A stretch of DNA of 63,433 nt, the filler included. It is 5 parts of 5 records of this genome, joined end to end, with 100 filler letters (N's around TTAATTAATTAA, not from the genome) between each part and the next. Parts side by side here need not be neighbours in the genome. Positions count along the whole stretch, not along the records: positions 1 to 6,609 come from DRR723986_2451; positions 6,710 to 16,401 come from DRR723986_2452; 3 more parts are not named here. One strand, 5' to 3'. Both the position numbers and the translations under genes were made by a program. Positions 1 through 9,304 of the stretch are shown in pieces. The notes beneath the pieces are model-generated. The model did no database searches. It worked only from the letters and a program-made list of their open reading frames with translations, and had not been told where the DNA came from. Position 1 is the first letter of the stretch. Every line of letters starts with the position of its first letter.

Positions 1-517
1 AGCCCTAAGTGCTGTGAGCCGAAAATCTACAGGTCTCTGAGATTGACAGCTGAAAGACTGGACCACAAGCCTCGACAACTGAGGCGGTCTGTTCGGCTGC
101 GGACATCACATCCAAAGACAAACAAAAGAAAAATAAACAAGCCACCGAGGTCTGCGAAGGGGGCGAAGTGCTCATCCTTCCAGCCGCGAATCATTCCGAA
201 GCGACAATTGATTGTTGCGGTGTCAACGAGTGCCGGAGTGCTAAAAAAAATAAGAAAAGTCAATCTGAATGAATAGGCTCAGCACAATCAATTGTATAAT
301 TTGTGTGGCAAAACGCAGGTTTATGAGTCAGTAGAGAATCGCAAACAGTTTAGACGCAAAACTTTCTGTCCGGAAGTTAACCCAGTCGTCAGGATGAATG
401 AGTCGATTTCGATGCCCGAAGTTGATCCTGTGAGAGTGCCGTCACAAATGGGTTTACCAAGTCGAAAAAAACTCGTATCGTTGGCCTGGAGAAACACACA
501 ACGCGCATAGGCGCCGG

Positions 518-3500
518 ATGACCAATCCGTATTGGGCAGGATTTGAACGAGTGTCTGAAAACACAGGTTTAGCCGGTAGTAAAAAATTGTCAGGCACGCA
601 GGTTAATGGCTCTGCCAAACCCGCACTGCTGCTTGTTGTTATCCTGGTCCTCGCTGCCACAAGCGGACCGGGGACTGCAGCACTGCACGCCAGTGAGTAT
701 AGAGTCGAACACTATACCACGGCCGACGGCCTTTCCCAGAGCCACGTTTACGCATTGGAAGAAGATAGTACCGGCGTAATCTGGATGGCAACGCGCGACG
801 GCTTAAACATGTTCGACGGCATAGAATTTAGTGTTTTTCGGCATCAGCCTGGCGTAGAAGGCACGATAAAAAACAACAGTATAGACTGCCTGGCAATTGA
901 TTCAAATGGATCAGTGTGGTGCAGCGTTGGCAACCTGGGGGTTGATACCTATGACCGAAGTACCGGCAAGTGGAAACACTACCCAATGTGGGATGAGAAG
1001 GCGCAGAAAAATCAATTGACCAAGATTTTGGACATTGAGTTTGATGTCGATGGCTGCCTGTGGGTAGCAAGTGAGCGAGGGGTTTTCCAGCTGGATGAAG
1101 AGCAAAAGAGATTACGCCGGTTTCAGGGTGAACTGGACGGAGCTACCTGGAACGACGACTTCATGGTTGGGGACCTGCATTTGGGGCAGGAAGGCAGTCT
1201 TTGGATGACTATAAACCACAAGGGTTTTGGCAGGTTGGACACCAGAAGAAAGACCTTTGATTACTTCAAAAAAATATACCTGCAGCCAGAAATTGTCGGT
1301 GAGCGAGGCAATGAGCACCTCTTTAAGGCTGAATATCCGATTACGAATTTGAATACGCAGCCCGTCTACGATGTTTTTGACTATTTGAAATGCAAGACCT
1401 ATCCGCAGTGGCTAAATTTGGAGAACCCGCCCTTGGCTCTGCAAGGAGCGGGGCGCTTTCAGGTTTTGGGAGTTGAACCCGATGGGGTAATCTGGCTGGC
1501 CGGACTCGATCCAATTGGACAGGAAGATTTTGCGCCTGGAGGGCTGTATCGGCTTGCGAGTTTGCACGGGCCTGTAGAAACCATTTTTGAAGGTGGTTGG
1601 TCTGACAACCAGAAAGTCATGAGTTTTACCTATGGAACAGCGGGCATTGTCTGGCTGGGAACTACCGATGGAGTCCTGAAGATCGTTCCACGGATGAAGC
1701 GCTTTGAAACCTTGAGCTACACGCGGGATGGGAATGGCCTGTCACACAATGTCATTCGCGATATCAAGGTGGATTCAAGAGGTGACATTTGGGTCGGGAC
1801 TGACTATGGCCTCAATCATATTGCAGCGGGCACCGACACTGTGCGGCAGGTAGAAGTGCGTGACTATGGTTATGGAAACTTAAGTGATCGACGCAGAAAT
1901 GTGGTAAACGAAATATTTGAAGATGAAGATGGCACGATCTTTTTAGGAATGAATCGTTTACTTCGCGCCCTTGACAGCAGCCGCTCAGTGATTGATTGGC
2001 CACCAAATGCAGAAAATTCATTGAATCCGAAATTCGGCTCGGGAGTTTGGTCACTTGAGCGTGATCATCTGGGGCGGCTGTGGGTTGGAACGCGGCATCT
2101 TGGAATATTTGTTCTGAACAGGGACAATGAATGTGTTAAGCACATCATCGAGGATTCGCTGGATGCGGCACCGTTTCGCGGTGGTATTGTCTGGGAATTG
2201 ATGAAGGATTCAAGTGGCCAGATCTGGGCTGCGACCGCCAGCGGCATTTACCAATTTGATCCGGAGACTTTTTCCTGTCGGACTTTTGGAACATCCGATA
2301 GTACCATCAATTTAACGAGTAACAACACTATCAGCGTCAATCAGGATTCTCAGGGAAAAATTTGGATTACGAGTTATGGCTTCGGCATTGCGTGGTTTGA
2401 TTCAGAACGGGGTGAGTTTGAAGTTTTGGACTCGCGTACCGGACTCAATGTGGATTTGTTGTACGGTATTCTGGAAGATGCCAACGGCGCATATTGGGGC
2501 AGCAGCAACTCAGGTTTGTTGCGCTTTGACCCGGTGGCCAGGACTTCACGCTTTTTTACTGAGCGTGACGGCTTACCGAGCAATGAGTTTGTCTACAAGG
2601 CGTACGCTCGCGCTCAGGACGGTCGCTTGCTCTTCGGTGGTTTGAATGGATTAACGATGTTCTATCCGGACAGCCTGCTGTACAACCCACATCTGCCGCC
2701 GATCTCAATCACTGCGTTCAGCGTAATGGACGGTCCTGAGCGTCTCCTGCCATTGCCGGAAGAAACCCTGGTGGTGGATCATTCGCAGAAGTTACTGCGC
2801 TTCCGTTTTGCGGCGCTGGACCACATCAATCCCGAGTTAAACCAGTATGCATATATGCTGGAAGGTTTTGATGAAGATTGGGTGTATTGCGGTACCCGCC
2901 GCGAAGTTGTATTCACTAACCTGGATCCTGGCGAATACGTGCTGCGCGTGCGTGGTTCGAATAATGATGGACGCTGGAATGAAGCCGGCACCAGTGTGCG
3001 GCTGATTGTTGTGCCGCCTTTCTGGATGACCTGGTGGTTCTGGATGGCGGTCGTCGCTGCGGTCGGCACACTGGCAGCCTGGATCATTACAGGTAGAGTG
3101 CGTTTGCTGTTGGCGCGCAAAACCTTGCGTCAGCGTGTGCTCGAATACCGCTTGCAGACACTGCGTTTGCAGATGAATCCACACTTCATCTTTAATTTAC
3201 TGTCTTCGATCGAATCGCTGATTATTAAGCGCCGCGAGCGTGAGGCAGTTGAGTCTCTGGCTAGTTTTGCGCGGCTGGTGCGCGGCGTTCTCGACAGTTC
3301 GCGCTCCAATACGGTTCCCGTGTCCGAAGAACTTTCGCTCCTACGAGTCTATCTGGATCTGGAGCATCTGCGCCACAATGGCGGCTTTGATTACGACGTT
3401 GAAGTTGACAGCTCGATTCATCAGCGCCAGGACCACATTCCATCGATGTTGATCCAGCCCTATGTGGAAAATGCGATCAAGCACGGACTAATTCACACGG

Positions 3501-3826
3501 TGCCTGACGGCTGTGTTTCTATCAGCCTGCAGCGCGTTGAGGACCGCATTCATTGTGTGATCGAAGACAATGGTATCGGGCGCGCAGCAGCCCAGGCACA
3601 CCAACGGCAGAACGGACGATCTGCACCTGCCGTGTTCAGCAAAAGTTCTATCGGCATGAGCGTTAGCCGCGAGCGATTAAACCTGCTCAATTCTACACTC
3701 AGTGAAAGTGTCACCTGCCAGGTGCAGGATCTTAAAGATCCACTTGGCAAGGCGACTGGTACCAGAATCTCACTTTATATCCCCATAGATCTAAAGAAAA
3801 ACGCAAATCAGGACCTGGAAGTATGA
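518..3826 (+). CDS. Two-component sensor histidine kinase: periplasmic beta-propeller (Reg_prop) + Y_Y_Y domain + TM helix + LytS-type His_kinase/HATPase
   Basis: 1102 aa; GLSQSHVYALEEDSTGVIWMATRDGLN and GLSHNVIRDI..GDIWVGTDYGLN propeller repeats; YAYMLEGFDEDW..FTNLDPGEYVLRVRGSNNDGRW (Y_Y_Y); PPFWMTWWF TM; LQMNPHFIFN, LIQPYVENAIKHG and IEDNGIG motifs. The true start may be somewhat downstream. Confidence 0.93.
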   Translation: MTNPYWAGFERVSENTGLAGSKKLSGTQVNGSAKPALLLVVILVLAATSGPGTAALHASEYRVEHYTTADGLSQSHVYALEEDSTGVIWMATRDGLNMFDGIEFSVFRHQPGVEGTIKNNSIDCLAIDSNGSVWCSVGNLGVDTYDRSTGKWKHYPMWDEKAQKNQLTKILDIEFDVDGCLWVASERGVFQLDEEQKRLRRFQGELDGATWNDDFMVGDLHLGQEGSLWMTINHKGFGRLDTRRKTFDYFKKIYLQPEIVGERGNEHLFKAEYPITNLNTQPVYDVFDYLKCKTYPQWLNLENPPLALQGAGRFQVLGVEPDGVIWLAGLDPIGQEDFAPGGLYRLASLHGPVETIFEGGWSDNQKVMSFTYGTAGIVWLGTTDGVLKIVPRMKRFETLSYTRDGNGLSHNVIRDIKVDSRGDIWVGTDYGLNHIAAGTDTVRQVEVRDYGYGNLSDRRRNVVNEIFEDEDGTIFLGMNRLLRALDSSRSVIDWPPNAENSLNPKFGSGVWSLERDHLGRLWVGTRHLGIFVLNRDNECVKHIIEDSLDAAPFRGGIVWELMKDSSGQIWAATASGIYQFDPETFSCRTFGTSDSTINLTSNNTISVNQDSQGKIWITSYGFGIAWFDSERGEFEVLDSRTGLNVDLLYGILEDANGAYWGSSNSGLLRFDPVARTSRFFTERDGLPSNEFVYKAYARAQDGRLLFGGLNGLTMFYPDSLLYNPHLPPISITAFSVMDGPERLLPLPEETLVVDHSQKLLRFRFAALDHINPELNQYAYMLEGFDEDWVYCGTRREVVFTNLDPGEYVLRVRGSNNDGRWNEAGTSVRLIVVPPFWMTWWFWMAVVAAVGTLAAWIITGRVRLLLARKTLRQRVLEYRLQTLRLQMNPHFIFNLLSSIESLIIKRREREAVESLASFARLVRGVLDSSRSNTVPVSEELSLLRVYLDLEHLRHNGGFDYDVEVDSSIHQRQDHIPSMLIQPYVENAIKHGLIHTVPDGCVSISLQRVEDRIHCVIEDNGIGRAAAQAHQRQNGRSAPAVFSKSSIGMSVSRERLNLLNSTLSESVTCQVQDLKDPLGKATGTRISLYIPIDLKKNANQDLEV

Positions 3827-4563
3827 TACGTGCTATGATAGTTGATGATGAGCAGCATGCCCGCGAGAATCTGGAGCACAAGCTGCAAAGCTATTGTGAG
3901 GCAGTGGATGAGACCTATTCGGCGGATTCGGCGGCGGCGGCCATAGGCCTCATTCGCAAGCGGCCGCCGGACCTCTTGTTTCTGGATGTCTCAATGCCGG
4001 GCGGCAGTGGTTTTGAACTACTTGAGGCCCTGGGGCCTGAGCGTGACAGCTTTGAAGTCGTGTTTGTAACGGCGCACGCACAACATGCAATTAGCGCGAT
4101 TAAACACGAAGCCCTGGACTACCTGCTCAAACCCGTCAGTCCACTGGAACTGCAAAACGCCGTAAAAAAGTGCCTGCAACGCCGCCGCGATACACGTCGT
4201 GAAGATCCGAAGAGTGCCGACATGACAGTGACACGCCTGAGCGTGCCCAGCGAGTACGGCTTTGAATACATTCCGGTAAAGAACATTATCCACTGTCGTG
4301 CCGAACGCAATTACTCACGTGTGCACACGGTTGATGGCGCGGAGCTGGTAACAGCGCGCACGCTGGGAGAAATTGAGGAGCAACTCAGTCCGGAAACATT
4401 TTTCCGGGTTCATCATTCACATCTGATTAATCTACAGCATATTCGCAAATACTTTAAGGGTCGTGGCGGAACGGTGGAAATGAGCGACGGCACACAGATT
4501 CAGGTTTCTGCACGCCGGCGTGACGCATTCCTGGAACGCATGCATGGCAGCGCCACCAATTGA
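3823..4563 (+). CDS. LytTR-family DNA-binding response regulator
   Basis: REC domain (IVDDE, LFLDVSMP, FVTAH, DYLLKP) + LytTR (FFRVHHSHLINL); 4-nt overlap with the kinase. Confidence 0.95.
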   Translation: MIRAMIVDDEQHARENLEHKLQSYCEAVDETYSADSAAAAIGLIRKRPPDLLFLDVSMPGGSGFELLEALGPERDSFEVVFVTAHAQHAISAIKHEALDYLLKPVSPLELQNAVKKCLQRRRDTRREDPKSADMTVTRLSVPSEYGFEYIPVKNIIHCRAERNYSRVHTVDGAELVTARTLGEIEEQLSPETFFRVHHSHLINLQHIRKYFKGRGGTVEMSDGTQIQVSARRRDAFLERMHGSATN

Positions 4564-5801
4564 GCCTGGCAGGTTTGTAATTCGCAACCTGCATTTTGTT
4601 GAGTGCGGCAATTTAACCTGCACACCTGTTGGCGAATTGTACGCGCTTGTACCCCGGTGAGCACAACCGCTCAATGCTACTTGTATTTGCGGTTTTAAGA
4701 CTCTACATTTACTTCGCGTACAAACAGCAGAGTTAACCAATACCCATTTAACACTTGTTTGTACTCACTAAATTGTCGTTGCATTAACAAGTAAAGCTGT
4801 TGATGTATTCATTCACTAAGTTTTGCTTCCCCACATACTACAACTAAAACAGCCGATGTTTTAGTACACTTGCGCGCGAACGCAGGAGTTCCGGGCGCCG
4901 CTTCGGCCCGATATTAACGTAAAGAGCTACACGTTAAGGGCTTTATTTGACGCAAAAAGTTTCCGCATGGAAACACCCAATGCAGTACAGGTGACGTGCT
5001 GCACCGGCTGTGATATGCCAAAAAATACTCGATTTGTTTAATAACCTTGGCCATGTGCCATCGTTTTGAATTGTTAGGGTAGTCGCTGTCCGGAGCCACT
5101 GGGCGGTTGTTCCCATGTCAGTGGCTACCCTGATCTTTACCCTGTTATTTATTCGTTCGCCATGTGCCCTTAGTGGTGCGGCGGCGCTTAAAGTGAGCAG
5201 GGCCAGACAAGGAGTGTTTAATGGCATGTTACTGGTTTCCATGCGTTCGTTGCCGGATGATATGCGGACTATTCTAATGTGTGGGCAGCATGTTATGTTG
5301 TAGTATTACATCCGGCAACAATTTTTACTCTGGCAGGCAAGTGTTAAAGTGCGTGGCAGAGTTTGTATTTTTTAAGCTGTTAACAGTTTGTTTTTTAGGT
5401 CGGCATTGACAAGTGGATTGGAGCTGTCCGTTCCAGCCTGGTCGGTCCGTACGATTGATCGAGGTCTGCGGGCCGTACACTGCCGGGGCCGCCGGGAGTA
5501 GCCCTTCCGGCGGTTCCTATGTATGAAGCAGGGCGTAATTGTTAATCGCAATGGAACGCGCTACGGGGAACACGCTCCGGATAGGGAAGTTTGCGGTGCA
5601 ATTCTTGCAATGGCTTTAGTACAGCATTAAGAGTTGTGATTGGCGGGTTATAATTAACGAGTTATAATTGGCGCTTCTAGCCTTTGTGGCTGTACAGGCG
5701 AAACTCCTGTAAGTATTACTATCTGAAGTGGCGGCTAAGCTTTATCGATGTTCTTGTTTGTAGTTGTTTGACAATCTGGAATTCACTGAATCCGAGCGAA
5801 A

Positions 5802-6398
5802 CTATTGTTTCTCAAATATGTAAAATGTACCGTCAATGGCGTAGGCCAGTTTGTTTGCGTCGATCAGTAGCAGGTCATACATTACATCTTTTTGACCGGA
5901 AATGTTAATGATGTCCACGCTATCGCTTGTGATTCCCAGGATTGATGCATCCGAGCGATGCATGTGTTGCATGTGTTCCAACGCATGCGCGCGGCGCTGC
6001 TCAAATATTGCCTGTTTGAGCTGCAGGTCCATGAATTCGACAGCAGCAGCATTGATGCTGAGTGTTTTGCCGACGTATGCTGCAGCGTCCTGATCAGAAG
6101 TGACTGTCTTGGCGCCATGCCGAAACTCAGTGATTTTCCACGTACCTGTGATTCGAGTCTCAATCGGTTGAGACTCGGAGCCTGAGCAGCTGAGCGTCAA
6201 GGCGCTGAGTGTAACGGCTGCCAGAATCCCGCGAAGCCTTGAGGCCACAGCCACAGGCTGCGTGCCAGTCCCAAAAACTCTCAGTACGCGTGGCAGCTTT
6301 GAGCCGCCGGTTTTAAACGAATCCAGAAGTGTCGAACCCAAATGCGGCATACCGGAAGCTTTCGGAAAGTCTAAGAGAAAGCAGAGAATTGCCTGCAA
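5802..6398 (-). CDS. Hypothetical lipoprotein, possibly lipocalin-like
   Basis: LAAVTLSALTLSC lipobox-like segment followed by ITGTWKI; real start probably downstream of the ORF-track start. Confidence 0.55.
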   Translation of the reverse strand: MQAILCFLLDFPKASGMPHLGSTLLDSFKTGGSKLPRVLRVFGTGTQPVAVASRLRGILAAVTLSALTLSCSGSESQPIETRITGTWKITEFRHGAKTVTSDQDAAAYVGKTLSINAAAVEFMDLQLKQAIFEQRRAHALEHMQHMHRSDASILGITSDSVDIINISGQKDVMYDLLLIDANKLAYAIDGTFYIFEKQ

Positions 6399-6609
6399 GT
6401 TAACCTAATTCTATCAGCGAAACAATTGGTGCAGTTACCAGCTCCGGCTGCATTCACTAGTGGGGAGTCCGTGTATTTCGGAGATTGACAATTAGATCGA
6501 TTCTGTGACTATGCGCTTACAGCCATTTGTCTATGACTCAGTGAACCACTCGGAGTCTTTGAGCCCAGTCTTTTAACACAGTCGCGGAGTCTTGGGGCTA
6601 AAACCAGCC

Positions 6610-6709
6610 NNNNNNNNNNNNNNNNNNNNNNNNNNNNNNNNNNNNNNNNNNNNTTAATTAATTAANNNNNNNNNNNNNNNNNNNNNNNNNNNNNNNNNNN
6701 NNNNNNNNN
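6610..6709. other. Artificial contig linker
   Basis: N-run, TTAATTAATTAA (stops in all frames), N-run; 100 nt. Confidence 0.99.
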
Positions 6710-6850
6710 CCAGCCGAGTTTTTCGCGGTGCTGACCGAGGCCTTCTATCAACAACCGCAGCACTTGAAACGTGAACAACCTGACGTCTACGCTGCCCTGT
6801 GCCGTTTTTACCGGATCGACCCGGAGCACATGCGTGCCTGCCAGCCTTGA
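6710..6850 (+). CDS. C-terminal fragment of an MtfA-like zinc-dependent peptidase (5'-truncated)
   Basis: Translated by hand: PAEFFAVLTEAFYQQPQHLKREQPDVYAALCRFYRIDP..., matching the MtfA/M90 C-terminal motif; ends in TGA at 6848-6850. Confidence 0.85.
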   Translation, partial: PAEFFAVLTEAFYQQPQHLKREQPDVYAALCRFYRIDPEHMRACQP

Positions 6851-6853
6851 TGA

Positions 6854-7087
6854 TCAGCCGCCTAGGCCGTTTCCCTTGACGCCGAGACGATCCAGGTAAA
6901 GATGCAGCTCTTCCTCGCTGATATTCACGTATTCCAGTACCCGGCCATAGAGCATCACGGTAGGTACATTACGCCCGCCTAACTCCTTCTGGGTCTCGCT
7001 CAGGACGTAAAGTATCGTCCGTTCCGTTTTTGTGAGACCATCCCGCGCATCGGGGATTACCTCGTCTGTTCCGCGTAAACTGCTCAT
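6854..7087 (-). CDS. Small hypothetical protein with a GyrA/ParC-like PDxRDGL motif
   Basis: 77 aa; IPDARDGLTKTERTILYVL; globular composition. Confidence 0.7.
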   Translation of the reverse strand: MSSLRGTDEVIPDARDGLTKTERTILYVLSETQKELGGRNVPTVMLYGRVLEYVNISEEELHLYLDRLGVKGNGLGG

Positions 7088-7111
7088 ATTTCTGAATCCG
7101 GTAAGCTGCCC

Positions 7112-9304
7112 ATGGAAATCAAAGTCAATTATCTCGACAACCTGAGGCTTGAGGCCAAGTTTGACGATTTTACCGTCGTCTCAGACCAGCCCGTCCGCTA
7201 CAAAGGCGATGGCTCGGCGCCCGGCCCGTTTGACTACTTCCTGGCCTCATCTGCCATGTGCGCGGCTTACTTCGTAAAGGTTTACTGCAACGCCCGGGAT
7301 ATTCCCACAGATAACATCCGCCTGTCGCAGAACAACATTGTAGACCCGGAAAACCGCTACAAGCAGATTTTCAAGATTCAGGTGGAACTGCCGGAAGACA
7401 TTTCGGACAAGGACCGCCAGGGCATCATCCGCTCCATCGACCGTTGCACCGTTAAAAAAGTGGTGCAAACCGGCCCGGATTTCCAGATTGAAGTGGTGGA
7501 AAACCTGGATGAAGACGCCCAGGCCCTACTCACCGCTGCCCCGGGCGGCGACGGCAACACCTATATCGAGGGCAAGGATCTGCCCCTGGAGCAGACCATT
7601 GCCAACATGACCGGCATCCTCTCAGATCTCGGCATGAAGATCGAAATTGCCTCCTGGCGCAACATCGTGCCCCACGTGTGGTCTCTGCACGTGCGCGACA
7701 CCGCGGCCCACATGTGCTTCACCAACGGCAAGGGTGCCACCAAGGAAGCCGCCCTGTGTTCGGCCCTGGGCGAGTTTATCGAGCGGCTGAACTGCAACTT
7801 CTTCTACAACGACCAGTACTTCGGCCAGGACATCGCGAACAGCGAGTTCGTGCACTACCCGAACGAGAAATGGTTCCAGCCCGGCCCGGAAGGCGAGCTG
7901 CCGGACGGCATTCTGGATGACTACTGCCTGGAGATTTTCAATCCGGACGGCGAACTACTGGGCACGCACCTGTTCGACACCAACTCGGGCACGCCCGAGC
8001 GTGGTATCTGCAGCATTCCGTATGTGCGTCAGTCAGACGGAGAGACCGTTTACTTCCCCTCCAACCTGATCGAGAACCTGTACCTGAGCAACGGCATGAG
8101 CGCCGGTAATACCCTGCAGGAAGCGCAGGTACAGTGCCTGTCAGAAATCTTCGAACGGGCAGTCAAGAAAGAGATCATTGAGAACGAAATCGCCCTGCCG
8201 GATGTTCCCGAGAGCGTGCTGGCCAAGTACCCGGAGATTGTCGAAGGTATAAAAGCCCTGGAAGAACAGGGCTTTCCGGTACTGGTGAAAGATGCCTCCC
8301 TGGGCGGTCAGTTTCCGGTGATGTGCGTCACCCTGATGAACCCCAAAACCGGCGGTGTGTTTGCTTCCTTCGGTGCACACCCCAGCTTCCACGTTGCCCT
8401 GGAACGCAGTCTGACCGAGCTGCTGCAGGGTCGCAGCTTTGAAGGTCTGAACGACCTGCCGGCGCCCACCTTCAACTCCATGGCGGTGACCGAGCCCAAT
8501 AACTACGTTGAACACTTTATCGATTCCAGCGGCGTGGTGTCCTGGCGCTTCTTCAGCGCCAAATCCGACTACGATTTTGTGGAATGGGATTTCTCCGGCA
8601 GCAACGAAGAAGAAGCCGACACCCTGTTCGGCATCCTCGCGGACATGGGCAAAGAATGCTACATGGCAGTGTTCGAAGACCTCGGCGCGCCGGTCTGCCG
8701 AATCCTGGTGCCGGGCTATTCCGAGGTGTATCCGGTGGAAGACCTGGTGTGGGACAACACCAACATGGCCCTGGAATTCCGCGAAGACATCCTCAACCTG
8801 CACCGTTTGAGTCAAGACGAACTGGCCAATCTGGTACAGCGCCTGGAAGAGGCCGAGCTGGATGTATACATGACCATCGTCACCCTCACCGGCATCGAAT
8901 TCGATGAAAACACCGTATGGGGCCAGCTCACCATTCTGGAACTGAAACTGCTGATCTACCTGGCATTGGGCGAGCTTGAAGAGGCCCAGGAGCTGGTGGA
9001 GATGTTCCTGCAATTCAATGACAACACCGTTGAGCGCGGCCTGTTCTATCAGGCCATGAACGCGGCTCTGGAAGCCACGTTGAACGACGAACTGGAGCTG
9101 GATGATTACCTCTACAACTTCCGCCGCATGTTTGGTGACCCGGTGATGGATGCGGTGGTCGGGTCGATTGAGGGCGCGGTGCGCTTCTATGGCCTGGAAG
9201 AAACCGGCATGGACCTGCGCGGTCTGGACCGGCACCTGAAGATGATCGAGAGCTACAAGAAGCTGCACGCGGCCAGGGCCCGCAAATCTGGGCTGTCAGC
9301 CTAA
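7112..9304 (+). CDS. OsmC-domain/YcaO-domain fusion protein
   Basis: N-terminal OsmC (SDQP..GDGSAPGPFDYFLASSAMC; RCTVKK); YcaO motifs TNGKGAT, SNGMSAGN, CLSEIFER, ALERSLTELLQGR. Confidence 0.93.
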   Translation: MEIKVNYLDNLRLEAKFDDFTVVSDQPVRYKGDGSAPGPFDYFLASSAMCAAYFVKVYCNARDIPTDNIRLSQNNIVDPENRYKQIFKIQVELPEDISDKDRQGIIRSIDRCTVKKVVQTGPDFQIEVVENLDEDAQALLTAAPGGDGNTYIEGKDLPLEQTIANMTGILSDLGMKIEIASWRNIVPHVWSLHVRDTAAHMCFTNGKGATKEAALCSALGEFIERLNCNFFYNDQYFGQDIANSEFVHYPNEKWFQPGPEGELPDGILDDYCLEIFNPDGELLGTHLFDTNSGTPERGICSIPYVRQSDGETVYFPSNLIENLYLSNGMSAGNTLQEAQVQCLSEIFERAVKKEIIENEIALPDVPESVLAKYPEIVEGIKALEEQGFPVLVKDASLGGQFPVMCVTLMNPKTGGVFASFGAHPSFHVALERSLTELLQGRSFEGLNDLPAPTFNSMAVTEPNNYVEHFIDSSGVVSWRFFSAKSDYDFVEWDFSGSNEEEADTLFGILADMGKECYMAVFEDLGAPVCRILVPGYSEVYPVEDLVWDNTNMALEFREDILNLHRLSQDELANLVQRLEEAELDVYMTIVTLTGIEFDENTVWGQLTILELKLLIYLALGELEEAQELVEMFLQFNDNTVERGLFYQAMNAALEATLNDELELDDYLYNFRRMFGDPVMDAVVGSIEGAVRFYGLEETGMDLRGLDRHLKMIESYKKLHAARARKSGLSA

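Noticed and set aside
340-385. GCAAAC..GACGCAAAAC resembling a c-di-GMP-I riboswitch
   Set aside because: No room for the P2 stem with GAAA tetraloop and no convincing P3/P1.
4914-5303. Overlapping short ORFs (61, 99 and 62 aa) as a frameshifted gene
   Set aside because: No recognisable motif, RBS or consistent coding character; left uncalled.
6581-6591. 11-mer GTCGCGGAGTC whose reverse complement recurs at 17059-17069
   Set aside because: The match does not extend convincingly, and 11-mer matches are expected by chance in 63 kb.
8141-9268. 375-aa antisense ORF inside ycaO
   Set aside because: Mirror frame of a codon-biased gene.
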